Source of the DNA: Squalus acanthias
Lineage: Eukaryota
Length of the DNA stretch: 64,000 nt
Direction of reading: 5' to 3'
Assembly (NCBI GenBank): GCA_030390025.1
Contig: CM059432.1
Coordinates: 49,168,001 to 49,232,000, forward strand
Position 1 is the stretch's first letter. Each line of letters opens with the position of its first letter. The notes under the pieces were generated by a model. It was not told the DNA's origin, did not search any database, and saw nothing but the letters and a program-made list of their open reading frames with translations. The position numbers were made by a program, and so were the translations under genes. Below are positions 12,859 through 27,024 of the stretch, in pieces.

Positions 12859-15505
12859 ATGTTTCTTGATCAGTATGTTTCTGGCCCAACGAGGAAGGAG
12901 GCATTGCTGGATCTGGTTCTGGGGAATGAGGTAGGTCAAGTGGAGAAAGTGTCAGTAGGTGAGCATTTAGGGAACAGTGATCATGGTATCATAAGGTTTA
13001 GATTAGCTATGGAAAACGACAGGGAGCAATCTAGAGTAAAAATACTTAATTGGAGCGAGGCCAATTTCAGTGGGATGAGAACGGATCTGGCCCGGGTAAA
13101 TTAGAATCAAAGATTGGTAGGCAAAACTGTAATGAAACAATGGGCTGCCTTTAAAGAGGAAATAGTTCAGGTACAGTCGAGGTACATTCCCACAAGGGGG
13201 AAAGGTAGGGCAACTAAAGTCAGAGCTCATTGGATGACGAAAGAGAGCATGTAAGATGAAGCAGAAAAAAAGCACATATGACAGATCAAAAACACATCTG
13301 AGAATCAGGCTAAATATAGAAAGTTCAGAGGAAAAGTGAAAAAGAAAATAAGAGGGGCAAGGAGAGGGTATGAGAACAGAGTGGCAGCTAACATAAAAGG
13401 TAATCCAAAAGTCTTCTATAGGCATATAAATAGTAAACGGGTAGTAAGAGGAGGGGTGGGGCCGATTAAGGACCAAAAAGGAGACCTATGCATAGAGGCA
13501 GAGGGTATGGCTGAGGTGCTAAATGAGTACTTTGCATCTGTCTTCACCAGGGAAGAAGATGCTGCCATTGACATAGTGAAGGACGAGGTAGAGGAGATAC
13601 TAGATGGGATAAAATTGATAAAGAGGAGGTACTAAAAAGGCTGGCTGTAATTAAAGTACAAAAATGTGCGGGTTAGGTTGATTTGGCTATGATAAATTGA
13701 CCCTTAGTGTTAGGGGGGGATTAAATATGTGGGGTTATGGGGATAGGATAGGATGGGATATGTTAGGGGGAATTAAATACGTGGGGTTACAGGGGTCGGG
13801 TGGGATATGTGTACTGTGGGGATTAAAGCAGGGACAGGGTACTGGATTTGACTGATCAGCCATGATCGTATTGAATGGTGGAGCAGGCTCGACGGGCCGA
13901 ATGGCCTACTCCTGCTCCTAGATTCTATGTTTCTATAAGTCACCAGGACCAGATGGGATGCATCCTTGGACGCTGAGGGAAGTGAAGGAAGAAATCGTGG
14001 AGGTACTGGTCATAATTTTCCAATCCTCCTTAGAAATGTGGATGGTGCCAGAGGACTGGAGAATTGCAAATGTTACACCCTTGTTCAAAAAAGGGTGTAA
14101 AGATAAACCCAGCAACTACAGGCCAGTCAGTTTAACCTCGGTAGTGGGGAAGATTTTAGAAACAATAGTCAGGGACAAAATTAACAGTCACTTGGACAAG
14201 TGTGGATTAATTAAGCAAAGCCAGCATGGATTTGTTAAAGGTAAATCGTGTTTAACCAACTTGATCGAGTTTTTTGATGAGGTAAAAGAAAGGTTGATGA
14301 GGGCAATGCGGTTGACGTGGTGTACATGGATTTCCAAAAGGCGTTTAACAAAGTGCCATATAATAGGCTTGCCAGCAAAGCTGAAGCCCTTGGAATAAAA
14401 GGGACAGTGGCAACATGGATACGAAATTGGCTAAGTGACAGGAAACAGAGAGTAGTGGTGAACGGTTGTTTTTTGGACTGGAGGAAGGTATGCAGTGGTG
14501 TTCCCCAGGGATCGGTTCTAGGACCACTGCTTTTCTTGATATATATTAATGACTTGGATGTGGGTGTACAGGGCACAATTTCAAAATTTGCAGATGACAC
14601 AAAACTTGGAAGTATAGTGAACAGTGAGGAAGATAGTGATAGACTTCAAGAGGACACAGACAGGCTGGTGGAATGGGCAGACACGTGGCAGATGAAATTT
14701 AGCGCAGAAAAGTGCAAAGTGATACATTTTGGTAGAAAGAATGAAGAGAGGAAATGTAAATTAAAGGGTACAATCCTAAAGGGGGTGCATGAACAGAGAG
14801 ACCTAGGGGTATATGTGCACAAATCGTTGAAGGTGGCAGGGCAGGTTGAGAAAGCAGTTAAAAAAGCTTACGAGATCCTGGGCTTCATGAATAGAGGCAT
14901 AGAGTACAAAAGCGTAGAAATTATGATGAACCTGTATAAAACACTGGTTCGGCCTCAACTGGAGTATTGTGTCCAATTCTGGGCACCGCACTTTAGGAAT
15001 GATGTGAAGGTCTTTGAGAGGATGCAGAAAAGATTTACGAAAATGATTCCAGGGATGAGGACTTCAGTTACATGGACAGACTGGAAAAGCTGAGGTTGTT
15101 CTCCTTAGAGCAGAGAAGATTGAGAGGAGATTTGATAGAGGTATTCAAAATCTTGAGGGGTCTGGACAGAATAGATAGAGAGAAACTGTTCCAATTGGCA
15201 GAAGGGTTGAGAACCAGATGACACAGATTTAAGGTGATTGGCAGAAGAACCAAAGGCGACATGAGGAGAAACTCTTTTACTCAGCGAGTGGTTAGGATCT
15301 AGAATGCACTGCCTGAAAGGGTGGTGGAGGCAGACTCAATCACCGCTTTCAAAAGGGAATTGGATAAGTACCTGAAGGAAAAAAATTGCAGGGCTATGGG
15401 GAAAGGGCAGGGGAGTGGGACTAGCTTAAGTGCACTTGCAGAGAGCAGGCATGGGCTCGACGGGCCGAATGGCCTTCTTCTGTGCTGTAACCATTCTATC
15501 ATTCT
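12859..15505 (+). mobile_element. Long degenerate CR1 ORF2 (endonuclease C-terminus to RT and 3' UTR)
   Basis: LDLVLGNE..HLGNSDH, NYRPVSLTS, GVPQGSVLGP, KFADDTKL across frameshifted ORFs 12859-15093. Confidence 0.95.
13659..13935 (+). mobile_element. 5'-truncated HE1-type V-SINE nested in CR1
   Basis: Reverse complement of 36550-36835; splits the CR1 KV/KSPGPDG codons. Confidence 0.85.
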
Positions 15506-15544
15506 ATTATTATATATCCTTAGTAAACAGGCCATCTGAGAGAA

Positions 15545-15985
15545 AGAACTTGCATTGACATAGCACCATATCATGTTCTTAGTTTGTCCCAAATCATTTT
15601 ACATCCAATTATATTTTTTCGGCATAATCACTATTATTATGTAAGCAAATTTGCATATAACGGGGACCCACAAACTGCAACTGAGGTGAATGACCAATTA
15701 AGCTATTCTTAGTGATGTTGGATGAGGGAGGATTGTTAGCCAGGTCACTGGGAGAACTCCCTGCTGTTCTTTGAAGAAAACTTTGGAATCCTTATGCCCA
15801 CCTGAATAAACAGGCGGGTGCCTCGGTTTAACATCTCATCCAGAAATGGCAACCAATAGTGTAGCACTCATTCCGCATTGAAGTGTCAACCTGAATTATG
15901 TACTCAGGTTCTGGAGTAGGGCATAAATCCATGACCTTCTGATTCTGAGGGGAGTGTGCTAACAACTGAGCCAAGCTAACGCTTC
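15545..15985 (-). mobile_element. Old decayed DeuSINE
   Basis: cctcggtttaacatctcatcc core and decayed tRNA-like head. Confidence 0.6.
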
Positions 15986-16029
15986 TCCCCAGTTAACTCC
16001 TCAATAATAAGGCTTTGATTTGGTTAAAA

Positions 16030-17260
16030 CTGGGCAATGATGGTGCAAAAAAGATTGACTAGGATGATACCAGAACTGAGAGGTTATACCTATCAGGAAG
16101 GATTGAACAGGCTGGGGCACTTTTCTCTTAAAAAAAGATTAAGGGGTGACCTGATAGAGAGGTCTTTAGAGGGTTTGAAAGGGTAGAGAAGGTGGGCTGA
16201 ATTTTGAAGTTTCTGTCCAGGCTGGAGCGGGCGGAGGGGTGCGGTAAACCGCAGGAAACCCGGAAGTCCAGGATTCCCCGTACGTTAATTCCACAGCGTG
16301 TGTGTGAAGTCATGGGCAGGTTTCTGGCCGGAAGCCTGCCTGATTGACAGGCTGGCTTGGAGTCGGGCGGGGAACGCTGGACAGGACACCGCAACAAATA
16401 GGTAGGTGCGGGGTCCGGAGGTGGGGGTGTGGTTTCCAAGCTGTGGGGGGCGGGGGGGGGGTCTGATCTCCAACCCCGGGCGCGGGGGAGTTCGATCCCG
16501 ACCCCAGGGAGTACGATCCCCGGGGGGAAGTCGATAGAGTTCGATCTCCGGGGGTTGGGGGCGGGGGGGGTCTGATCCCTGACCCCGAGGGGGGGAGTTT
16601 GATCCCCGACCCTGGGGGTGGGGGGTGTTTGTACAGGGCGGGCTGCTGGTGGGTGAGCTTGGGGGGCCGGGAGGAAGCACTCCTGCTCATCCCAGCCCAC
16701 AAGGATTGCTCCCCGAGGCTGTGCTCGCCTCGTTGCAGCTACCAGGAATCCCCTGCCGGCCGCAGTAAAACCTGCACATCAGGTTAAAACAGAGGCTTCA
16801 GGGCCTCATGGCAGTGGGTTGGCTGCCTGCGCTCCGTCCCGCCTGAGAAAAAGGTGAAAATGGGCAGGTTGGGGTCGGGTTTTAGATTTTTAAAACTTTA
16901 ACTTCCCCCCCCACCCCCAACCCACCCTTTTTTCATGTTAAATTTCTTCCGATGTTTCTACTTGTGGGGAAGACCAGAACTAGGGGCCATAATATAAGAT
17001 AGTCACTAATAAACCCAATAGGAAATTCAGATAAACTTCTTTACCCAGGGAGTGGTTAGAATGTGGAACTTGCTACCACAAATAGTAGTTGAGGTGGATC
17101 GCATAGATGCATTTAAGGGGAAGCTAGATAAGCACATGAGGGAGAAAGAAATAGAAGGATATGCTGAAGAAGGGTGGGAGGAGGCTCGTGTGGAGAATAA
17201 AGACCGGCATGGACCAGTTGGGCTGAATGGCCTGTTTCTGAACTGTAAATTCTACGTAAT
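16030..17260 (+). mobile_element. CR1 3' fragment interrupted by a GC-rich MITE
   Basis: aagattgactaggatgataccagaactg before the MITE; VVRMWNLLPQ..DAFKGKLD after 16950. Confidence 0.8.
16194..16950. mobile_element. GC-rich Harbinger-type MITE
   Basis: Ends gggctgaatttt / aaatttcttcc; 16250-16410 homologous (inverted) to 39075-39240. Confidence 0.7.
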
Positions 17261-17869
17261 CATGGAATTCTTTTGTGTCTTCCTGCACTCAAAACGTGAG
17301 AAAGTATTGTGGTTTTTTTCTGTAGCAGTTGTAGTATAGCTTGTACTTGTGCATTTTCAGAAAGTACGAGAGAAATTGAGTACTCAAAGGGTTAAACAGT
17401 AAACTTCACATCAAGGAAATTTCTTCTGTGTTATGTGCACAAATCATAAACATATGCTTGATAAGTATATTCATAAATTTGCTACATATACTGCACAGAA
17501 TGAATCTTCCCCTATGTGTCCACTGTCTCTGCAATATTTAAATAGGTTAATAATTTCAGTGGTAGGAAACTGTCCCTAGAATCTATCAGCTGTGAAGGGA
17601 GAACTTCTAAAATACTAATAGTTATTATACTTGAGTATATTACTTCAAATGTAATAAAACAGCTGGAATAATCAACACAACTGTTAACATACACATTGGT
17701 CTTTCCTTCCTCCCTGTTCTTCCTTTCTGAAGGTGTTGTGGTGCATTTCTAGTTTCTAGTGCCTAACTCAAGTAACCATTCTTCAAGTGAAAGCCTAGAT
17801 AATGAGGCATCTTATTTCACTACTATGTCCTGTGGCTTTGCCCACAGTGATTCAGACATTTTGAGGCCC

Positions 17870-18240
17870 TCACCACAAATTTCGTACACTTGCCATTGAT
17901 TCTATGCCCCTCTCCGGCCACTGTCTCAGGCAGAGGTTTGCAAATTTGGCCTCCTATTCAATCCCCAGTTTGCAACTTTGACCTCCTATTCAACTCCCAG
18001 CTGAGCTTCCAACACCATATTCTCATCATCACAACGACCGTTTACTTCCTCCCTAACATCACCCACCTTCGCCCTTACCTCAGCCCTCATCCCTGCCTTT
18101 GTCACCTATAGACTCGACTATTCCAATGTTCTCCTGGCCACCTTCCCATTCTCCATCCTCCGTAAACTTCAGCTCATCCAAAACTCTGTTGCCAGTATCC
18201 TGCACCAAGTCCCACTCACCCATCACTCCTGTCCAGACTC
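17870..18240 (+). mobile_element. Decayed L2 fragment
   Basis: ctatagactcgactattccaatg...cgtaaacttcagctcatccaaaactc matches the L2 at 24440-25190. Confidence 0.7.
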
Positions 18241-18269
18241 CCGGTCCCCATGAAAATCTGTGTTTTTCA

Positions 18270-18500
18270 GGTGTTGGTTAAAGGATAAATATTGGCCAAG
18301 GCACCAGGGAGAAATCCCCTGCCCTTCTTTGAATAGTGGCATGGGATCTTTTACATCCACATGAGAGGCGAGACGAGGCCTCGGTTTAACGTCTCATCTG
18401 AAAGATGGCACCTCCAACAGTACTGCACTGGAGTGTCAGCCTTGATTTTGTGCTCAAGTCCCTGGAGTGGGACTTGAACCCACAACCTTACTTTAAGACT
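18270..18500 (-). mobile_element. DeuSINE fragment
   Basis: gggatcttttacatccac..ggcctcggtttaacgtctcatc..gggacttgaaccc (B box). Confidence 0.8.
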
Positions 18501-19574
18501 TCCGAATTGTACTGCAGTGTTAAGGTAGATACAGTAAATTAAATAATACACATACTGTCAATAATAAAACTATTAAAGGCTAAGTACTTATTTGATCATT
18601 TAGAAAATTGCAAAGTCTACAAAGGTAATGATATTTCACACATATAACACCCTCTAATCCCAATATGTCTGACCTTCCTCAAAATTTCTTCTCTTGCATC
18701 ACAGGATTTCTGGGTAACTTCAGCCATGTCACTAAATGGCAACTACTTCAATTGCAAATAGTCATTTGATAGTTCCCAGTAAATCAGGAGTTCTGCCCTA
18801 CAAACAGGATTTCCAGATTACATTAGAAAAAGATCCAATGTAACACTACGATCAATAAAATAATACAGATACAGACAATGAGCGCATGGAAGTTTTGGAA
18901 TAAAGAAATTAGTGCGAATGTCTCTCACTGGTATTAAACCTATTTTCTCATAAAGTAAATAGCAACCGTTAATTGGTCTCTGTTTAAATTTGAAGATTCT
19001 GTAATGGAGTTTTTCATTTGCAGACAGCAGAGACAGTCATTAACAATAACAAACATGACATTTGCAAACATGCTATACTTATAGTAATAGGTCAAAGTAA
19101 AAAGAATGCCTGTGGCTACAGTAAAAGATATGAGGAACTCAGACAATAGAAGCAAAATGTGAAAACGTTTGGATTTACGTTAGAGACAATTCATACAGCG
19201 CTTACAGCAAATGATCTTTAACGTTGTATACACGTCAGTTATTTTGTACAGTCATTTATTTATTATGTATACAGTTAATACGTATCTTGAAAAAATATTC
19301 TGGATATCAAAGAAAAAATATTACAAACTACATTATGAACCACAAGTGGGAGATAAATTTTCGTCATCAGTCTTCCCAAGGAGCACACTTTAGGAATTTG
19401 GGTGTGTGGAAAATACTGGAAGGGGAGACAGGGTATGTAAATTCCCAATATGCTTTCCCGCAGTGCTGAAGATGAATATTTAGCCATTTTTTTGGTGTGG
19501 TGTTTCTCCTCACTTCCCCCGTCCTCCTTGCCTGAAGTCTCTGGGCTGATTTTTTCTCTGCTATTCGGCCTCAA

Positions 19575-19758
19575 TTTTTTTTTTTCGTTCACGGAATGTG
19601 GGTATCGCTGGCAAGGCCAGCATTTATTGTCCATCCCTAATTGCCCTCGAGAGGGTGGTGGTGAGCCGCCTTCTTGAACCGCCATAGTCCATGTGGTGAA
19701 GGTACTCCCACAGTGCTGTTAGGGAAGGAGTTCCAGGATTTTGACCCAGCGACGATGA
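19575..19758 (-). mobile_element. 3' end of the CR1/L2-group LINE family (as 40290-41732)
   Basis: Matches 40300-40470; poly-T (A tail on -). Confidence 0.85.
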
Positions 19759-20487
19759 AGGTAGGGTTCAGTATCCAGGACCTCTTGGTGAAAGGTGGCG
19801 GTAATGGCCCTGATGTTTGCAAATGGAGGGAGAGATGCTGGTTGAGGCCTCCTCGTTCGTCATTTCCACACCCTCAAAGCATTTCTCCTTCTCCTCTTTG
19901 GGGCTCTCCAACCCCTTTAAATTCCTGGTTGCCTCTTCTGGTGTTGCACTGAGATTTCCCACCCTCGCAGCGGTGGGCTTCTTCTTCATGGCAGGATTTC
20001 ACCAGGATCCTACCCGAATGGCCAATAACCCCCAACCTAGGAAAGTTCATTGAGGATGCTGCAGGTTCGAAAGTCCAGTCCACTAGCAGGAAAATCCAGC
20101 CCCAGGTCTCATGTTGAGTATGGTTCCACAGATACCAGTTACATTCTAATACCATGTCCAGTGGGTACCTCACACGAATGGCCAATACTTTGTGTCATGC
20201 TGAATAGTGAGTTAGAATCTATTGGGCATTAAATTCAGCCTGGTGCTGTTCTCACCTGTTATATCTACACTTTCACTTTCCAGCAGGGAGCACTGGATTG
20301 TGATCAGAAATAGAAGCCCTGACTGATTTTCTCCTCCCTAATCCATGGACAGTGAGGATGGCACCAGTCTGCTCTGCGAAGATCAGGAATTGAACCAAAG
20401 ACCTTCTGTTCTGTATGATCAAGCAGTTGGTTTTTGCCAACACAGCCATCAGAGGAGCTGTGCATTTCCGTTTACATTAACAGCTTA

Positions 20488-20907
20488 CAGTGTCAGCTGT
20501 GGCTCAGTTGGTAGCACTCTTGCCTCAGAGTCAGAAGGTGGTGGGTTCAAGTCCCACTCCAGAGACTTGAGCACAAAAATCTAGGCTGACACTCCAATGC
20601 AGGACTGACAGAGTGCTGCACTGGCAGCGATGCCGTCTTTCGGATGAGACATTAAACCGAGGCCCCGTCTGCTCTCTCAGGTGGACATAAAAGATCCTAT
20701 AGCATTATTTCGAAGGAGAGCGGGAGAGTTATCCCCAGTGTCTTGGCCAATATTTATCCCTCAATCAACATAACAAAAACAGATTATCTGGTCATTATCA
20801 CACTGCTGTTTGTGGGAGCTTGCTGTGCGCAAATTGGCTACCATGTTTCCTACATTACAACAGTGACTACACTTCAAAAAGTACTTCATTGGCTGTAAAG
20901 CACTTTT
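20488..20907 (+). mobile_element. Near full-length SacSINE1-like DeuSINE
   Basis: A box TGGCTCAGTTGG, B box GGTTCAAGTCC, Deu-domain, L2-like tail. Confidence 0.9.
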
Positions 20908-21161
20908 TTTTGGATCAAGATTTTACTCTACAAACACTCAACAGTTGCCATGGTTCCTCCTGGAAACCTGCTAAGTTATTTCAGCCAGTTGAAAAAACAA
21001 TAAGCTTTGTATACATCTTTATACGATACAATAATGTCAGTACAATACGTTGCCACAGAATTAATTGAATAAAAGAAAAATCAATGCTGTGTGGGGAAGA
21101 ACATATACACATAGGAATTAGTGATTAGAGAGCTATATCATGACTGCTCTTACAACCTATA

Positions 21162-21826
21162 GGGGCAGAAATTCAGCATCGCCCCGTTTGGGGTGCTAAC
21201 TTTTGAAAGCTGGGAAACTTAGCACCAGGCGCTAATGATTCCTAGCTTTTTCAAAATTCGGTGTTTGCGCTCAGGAAGGAAGTGGAGAGCTTGATTTAGC
21301 GCTAAAGGACGTAGGCGGGGCAGTAGTGGTGCAGCGCTGCACAATGTCCCATGCAGCGCTGCCGCGATCCTAGGCCCCTTCCCTCCCTTAAAGGGAAGGG
21401 CCATCACTGCAGGCTCTGCATTGGGACCAGCTAGTTGGTCCCCGACGGCATCTGTGATCCGGCCTAATCAGCCCCATGCACTCCAGCAGAGTGCCGGGCT
21501 GATCGATCGCGGCCATGGGGCAATCGAAAAAAATCACTTGTAGCGTTATTAACATTTTTCTCCTACTCCTTTTGTTTGAGCCTCTGAAGCTCCCAATCTC
21601 CCGAACAACGCCTCCTGCAGCTGCCGGTGTTTTCGCCCGGCGATGCTGCAGGGGGTGGACGTCACGATCTCCGGGCGCAGGATATCGTGGCGCAAAGTGT
21701 TACCGTTGCCGCAAACCTCTCAGCCAAGTTAGCGGGAGTCTTTCATCTCGCCGCGCCCGTTCGGTAAGTCGTTATCGCCCCCTGGAGGCGATAATGGGAG
21801 ACGCTAACCAACCGAATTTCTCCCCC
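21162..21826. mobile_element. Harbinger MITE (family I)
   Basis: TIRs GGGGCAGAAATTC / GGGGGAGAAATTC; flanks ATA/ACA; ends homologous to 29226-33792. Confidence 0.85.
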
Positions 21827-24439
21827 ACAGACTTTTGATTTTCATGCCAGACCAGTTTTCGGTGGGTAGACTTTGTTATCAGTTCAAAGCTCACGCACTG
21901 CAGTCAAAAACAGGCCCAGGTTATTTTAACTTCCGGGCCTCATAAGGTTTCCCACTCGATTCGCTGACCAGCCAGAGCGCAATTTCCGGTGAGTCAGTCA
22001 GAAGCCTATTTAAAATGCAAAAGCACCTCTTAAAGTGAGGTTGCATTCCCTTCTGCAAGATTTCGATGTTGGAGTGGTGCAGCAAGAATTTGAGTCAGCA
22101 TAAGCCACAGGCATGGCCCCAGGTTCTCTGAGGCCTCCCTGGAGGTCCCAGCTAGTGCCAGGAAGAGCCCCAAAAGCCATCCACTAGGCATGGAGAACGA
22201 TTGTTGAGGTTGCCACCTCCAGGTACATTCAGCCCCAGGACCTAGATCCAGTGCAGGAAGCACTTCAATAACCTCACAAGACTAGCAAGAGTGAATACAG
22301 CTCTTAATTTCTCACAGCTATTTCAAGTACACTTGGCACCAGTCCTTTCCCCCCACCCCTCTCAACAATTCACTGCCCTCCACCATATCTTTCATCGCCC
22401 AACATAAGGTTACACTATTCCACTTCTCATTCCCTTTACAATTACACACTCATCACTTCCTTGCTCCTTTCACAGCAGCCAATAAAGGAATGTTTTGTTT
22501 TTATATGTTTGTACATTGCCCTCTCTCAGGATGTCAGCATGTCTGATTCCTCGCCACCCCCTCAACCAATACCAACCACGGTGACAGCAATCTAGCTGGG
22601 CCAAACTGCTTCAGTAGTAGCCAAAGTGGTCCAGCTCCCACAGCCACAAACATCTCAAGTGTCCCCACATGAGCAATAGCAGCCTTCCACCAACTCTGCT
22701 GAAGCCACTGAGGGAGCACCTCATAGGTGTAGCAGTGAGTAAATCTTTTTTAAATAAAGCACCATGGATTGATCACTTGGGTGACAAAATAATTCACTAC
22801 ACTATTGTGTTTGGAATTAAGATCAACACATTTATACATTTTCAGTTTTGGTCTATAGTTTCTTCTCATTACAGCTTCTTAGTCTGCACTGTCAGAATTT
22901 CATTGACATAGAGGTTGGCTGAATGGTTTCAATGTCGTTCAATTCAGAATCAAGGGAAAGGTGAAGGGGTAATAATCACTGTTAATACTTTTTCTGACAT
23001 TTTTGGTAAGGCGACTGAGGAGGTCACTGAGAGTGCTGCTCTATCAACTTCTCCCTGGCTTGTCTAGCTGCAAATTGTTCTGCTGTCCCGCCTTCTTATG
23101 GTTCTCCCTCGCCTTCATCCAATTCTTCCTTTTCTAACAATGCATCTTTTTGTTGCTGTGCCTTTTCCAACTTCAATCCTCTTTGCATTGTCAGGTTGTG
23201 GCGAATGCAGCAAACTACAATGATGTAACCTGCTTTTCTGGGCCATGTTGTAGGGAGCCCCCAGAGCGATCAAGGCACCTGAAACTTTGCTTCAGAATGC
23301 CATGGTATGCTCCACGATGTTCCTGGTGGTCCCATGGCTTTCACTGCACCTGTGTTGCTTAGGCAGAGAGGTATCATCAGCCGGATGTGGAGGAGGTATC
23401 CCTTGTCTCCTAGCAGCCATCTTCTGACATCTGGATGGATCGAAAAATGGGCTGATGGATGAGAGTCGCATAATGAAGGCATCATGGCAGCTGCCAGCGT
23501 AACTTCCGCAGACCTGCATTCTTCTTCTGCAGTGATCATACATCAGTTGAACATTGATGGAATGGAAGCCCTCCATAGTCATATAACTGTGGGCTCCTTT
23601 TCTGGTGCCTTGAAAGCTACATGAGTGCCATCTATTATGCACAGGACACAAGAGAAGCCGACCACTGCTGAAAATCCAAGAGCTTTCTCATTCTTGATGT
23701 TGGCGTCCATTGTAAAGGTAATGTACTGATTTACTCTGGCAAAGAGGGCATTGGTGACCTGTTTAATACAGCTGTGCACTGCAGAGTGGACAATGTACCC
23801 TATAGCAGCCTGGAAGGAGGCTGTAGCAAAAAAAAATTAAGAGTCGTGGTGCCTTTGAGAGCCACTGGCAAAGCATGGGCCCCTGGTCCAGCACGCAGTA
23901 GGTCCTGCTGAAACAGGCTGCATAGGTCAGCAGCAGCTTGCCTGGTGAAGGACAGATTCCTGCTGCACTGCTCCTCAGAAATATCTAAGTAAGTAACTCT
24001 CGGCCTATAGATTCTGTGGGCTGGGTAAGGTCTTCTACAAGCAGCTCCCCCTTCTCACCTGCTGTCTTCTAACAAGTCCAGCTGCTGCTTGTCCTGGTTC
24101 TTCAGGCTGCTGCTGTTCCTCTTCCTCCAACTGTTCATCCATGCAAAGGAGTGAAGCAAAAGCAGCACCTGTGAGAAGCAGTGGTGCTTGATGAGGGTAG
24201 GTAAGGGCAAAATAAATTATAAACAAGCAAACTGGAGGCACAGAACTGCTCTGTAAATGCACATCATTTAGTGGCGTTTAGATCCTAATGACCATAGTGC
24301 CCGGTGGGTGCCTCTTTAAATTCAGCTTCTAGTTATGTCAGTTTATGAAGCCAATGCCACTAAGCTTTACTCAGCAGGTTTGCCATCAGGCAGGACTTCT
24401 GACCCACCTAGTTAAAATCGCATTGGGTTGATATAATGG

Positions 24440-26050
24440 CATCAGGCCTCTATTTCTCATCAACATGCTGCCTCTCAGTGACATCATCCGAAAACACAGC
24501 GTCAGTTTCCACATATACGCTGACAACACCCAGCTGTGCCTCACCACCACTTCTCTTGACCACTGTTGCTAAATTGTCAGACTGCTTGTCCGACATCCAG
24601 TTCTGGATGAGCAGAAATTTCCTCCAACTAAACATTGGGAAGACCGAAGCCATTGTCTTCGGTCCCCGCCACAAACTCCGTTCCCTAGCCACCGACTCTC
24701 CATCCCTCTCCCTAGCATCTGTCTGAGGTTGAACCACACTGTTCGCAACCTTGGTGCCATATTTGACCGTGAAATAAGCTTCCGACCACATATGCACACC
24801 GTAACTAAGACCGCCTATTTCCACCTCCGTAACATCGCCCGACTCCGCCCCTGCCTCAGCTCATCTGCTGCTGAAACCCTCATCCAGGCCTTTGTTACCT
24901 CTAGGCTTGACTATTCCATCGCACCCCTGGCTTGACTATTCCATCGCACCCCTGGCTTGCCTCCCATGTTCTACCCTACGTAAACTTGAGGTCATCTAAA
25001 ACTCGGCTGCCCGTGTCCTAACTCGCACCAAGTCTCGTTCGCCCATCACCCCTGTGCTCGCTGACCTACATTGGCTCCCGGTTAAGCAACGGCTCGATTT
25101 TAAAATTCTCATCCTTCTTTTCAAATCCCTCCATGGCCTGGCCCCTCCCTATCCCTGTAATCTCCTTCAGCCACACAGCCCCCCCGAGATACACGGGATA
25201 CTTTCCTTTATTAGCTGAGGCATAGAATATAAGAGCAGGGAGGTTATGCTTGAACTGTATAAAACACTAGTTAGGCCGCAGCTAGAGCACTACATATAGT
25301 TCTGGTCACCACATTACAGGAAAGATGTGATTGCACTAGAGAGGGTACAGAGGAGATTTACGAGGATGTTGCCAGGACTGGAGAATTTTAGCTATGAGGA
25401 AAGATTGGATAGGCTGGGGTTGTTTTCTTTGGAACAGATGAGGCTGAGGGGAGACTTAATTGAGATGTATAAAATTATGAGGGGCCTGGATAGAGTGGAT
25501 AGAGCAGAGAGATCAATAACTAGGGGGCATAGATTTAAAGTAATTGGTAGAAGGATCAGAGGGGAGTTGAGGAGAACTTTCTTCCCCCAGAGGGTGGTGG
25601 GGGTCTGGAACTCACTGGTAGAGGCAGAAGCCCTCATCACATTTAAAAAGTACTTGGATATGCCCTTGAAGTGCTGTAACCTACAGGGCTATGGACCATG
25701 AGCTGGAAAGTGGGATTAGGCTGGATAGCTCTTTTTCCGCCGGTTCAGACACGATGGGCCGAATGGTCTCCTTCTGCGCCGTAAATTTCTATGATTCTCT
25801 ATTTGCGCTCCTCTAATTCTGGCCTCTTGAGCATCCCTGATTTTAAGCTTGGAATTCCCTGCCTAAACCTTTCCGCCTCTCTACCTCTCTTTCCTCCTTT
25901 AAGACGCTCCTTAAAACCAACCTCTTTGTCATCTGCCCTAATTTCTCTTTATGTGGCTCGGTGTCAAATTTTGTTTTATAACGCTCCTGTGAAGCGCCTT
26001 GGGATGTTTTGCTACATTAAAGGCGCTATATAAATACAAGTTGTTGTTGT
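24440..26050 (+). mobile_element. L2 LINE 3' part, interrupted by CR1 at ~25191-25795
   Basis: WMSRNFLQLNIGKTE, RNLGAIFD, AFVTSRLDY; tail gcgctatataaatacaagttgttgttg. Confidence 0.92.
25191..25795 (+). mobile_element. CR1 3' fragment nested in L2
   Basis: ORF 25327..25701 LERVQRRFTRMLPG..FFPQRVVGVWNSL. Confidence 0.9.
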
Positions 26051-26955
26051 ATCTACGAGGCACCTGCCACTTTCTGGTGGCTGTGTTTGCGACTTCCGTC
26101 AGCTGCACGTAAAAATGGCGGCCAGCGAGTTTTCAGTGGGAACACAGTGAGAAATCGATTTTCCCAATTTAACCGCTCATCCACCCCATTCCTGTCATGC
26201 GGGTTGCATTAAAATCGGGGTCCTCGTGTAATGCACGGTTTTCATCCAAAATTACTTCTCAAAATATCTTGTTTTTATGTAAGTGTCTGGTATAAACAAA
26301 AAATTACAGATGTCAGTGGAACACCTCTTCCATTCCTCTCTTAACTGTAAACCATAACAATCCACTTGTCAATGAGTTATGAAATCTTGCTCACTCATGT
26401 GACAAATGTGAAGTCCCACTGTCAATCATTCTTCTCTTGCGCACACCAGGATAACCAATGGATACATCTCAGTTCTATGGAGTTTCAAAACAAATTGGTT
26501 AATGATAGTTTAGATACAAATGTGAAAGGATGTGAATTGCAGTATCTTTGGATACTAGATATAGACTAATTTACAGTTCATACACTCTAATAACTGTCTA
26601 CTTCAGGATAACAAATAGCACTGATCCAAGAAACTCAGCAGCCCTGGAGCACTGACAGCTTGTATCCTTCATCAAAAACTTACATGCAAGTCAAGCCTTT
26701 ACATGTTTTTCCCTTTGGAAAAATCTATGCAGTTAGCAGTTCTTGGTGCATCTAATTTTTGGTACAAAAGCTGTCGAATCAATCTATTAGCCCCAAGTCA
26801 GTATCCATGTTGAATAATTCAACATTTTACCAGATGCTGTCCATAGTACAGCTAAGAGAAGCTTTAATCAAGATAAAAAATACTAGTAAGTGATTGCACA
26901 CACCCCAAATAACAAGGAGGCCAAGATGAACAGGTTAAAGAGATTTTTCACTTAC

Positions 26956-27024
26956 CCGGAGATTGTTTCTAAAGTTCTCTTCGCTCCTAATCCATAAATC
27001 TTCACCATGGGGTTAGTCTGGCAC
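26956..27024 (-). other. Candidate host exon (69 nt; open frame CQTNPMVKIYGLGAKRTLETISG)
   Basis: ttgtag| acceptor and CGG|gtaagt donor in non-repetitive DNA; product not recognised. Confidence 0.45.

Larger units (their letters stand above)
21830..26225. mobile_element. Decayed Harbinger transposon (transposase remnant ~23040-24140 on -), split by L2/CR1 at 24440-26050
   Basis: [35 protein letters not shown] and RNIVEHT motifs in frameshifted minus-strand ORFs; TIR-like end attaaaatcggggtcc. Confidence 0.8.

Noticed and set aside
16128..16702. Proline/glycine-rich ORFs (also 34942-35407, 39039-39991, 42037-42492)
   Set aside because: Stop-poor GC-rich MITE sequence open in several frames on both strands; no domain motifs.
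20488..20570. tRNA genes (also ~36910-36982, 38592-38670)
   Set aside because: A/B boxes run directly into SINE bodies; they are SINE heads.
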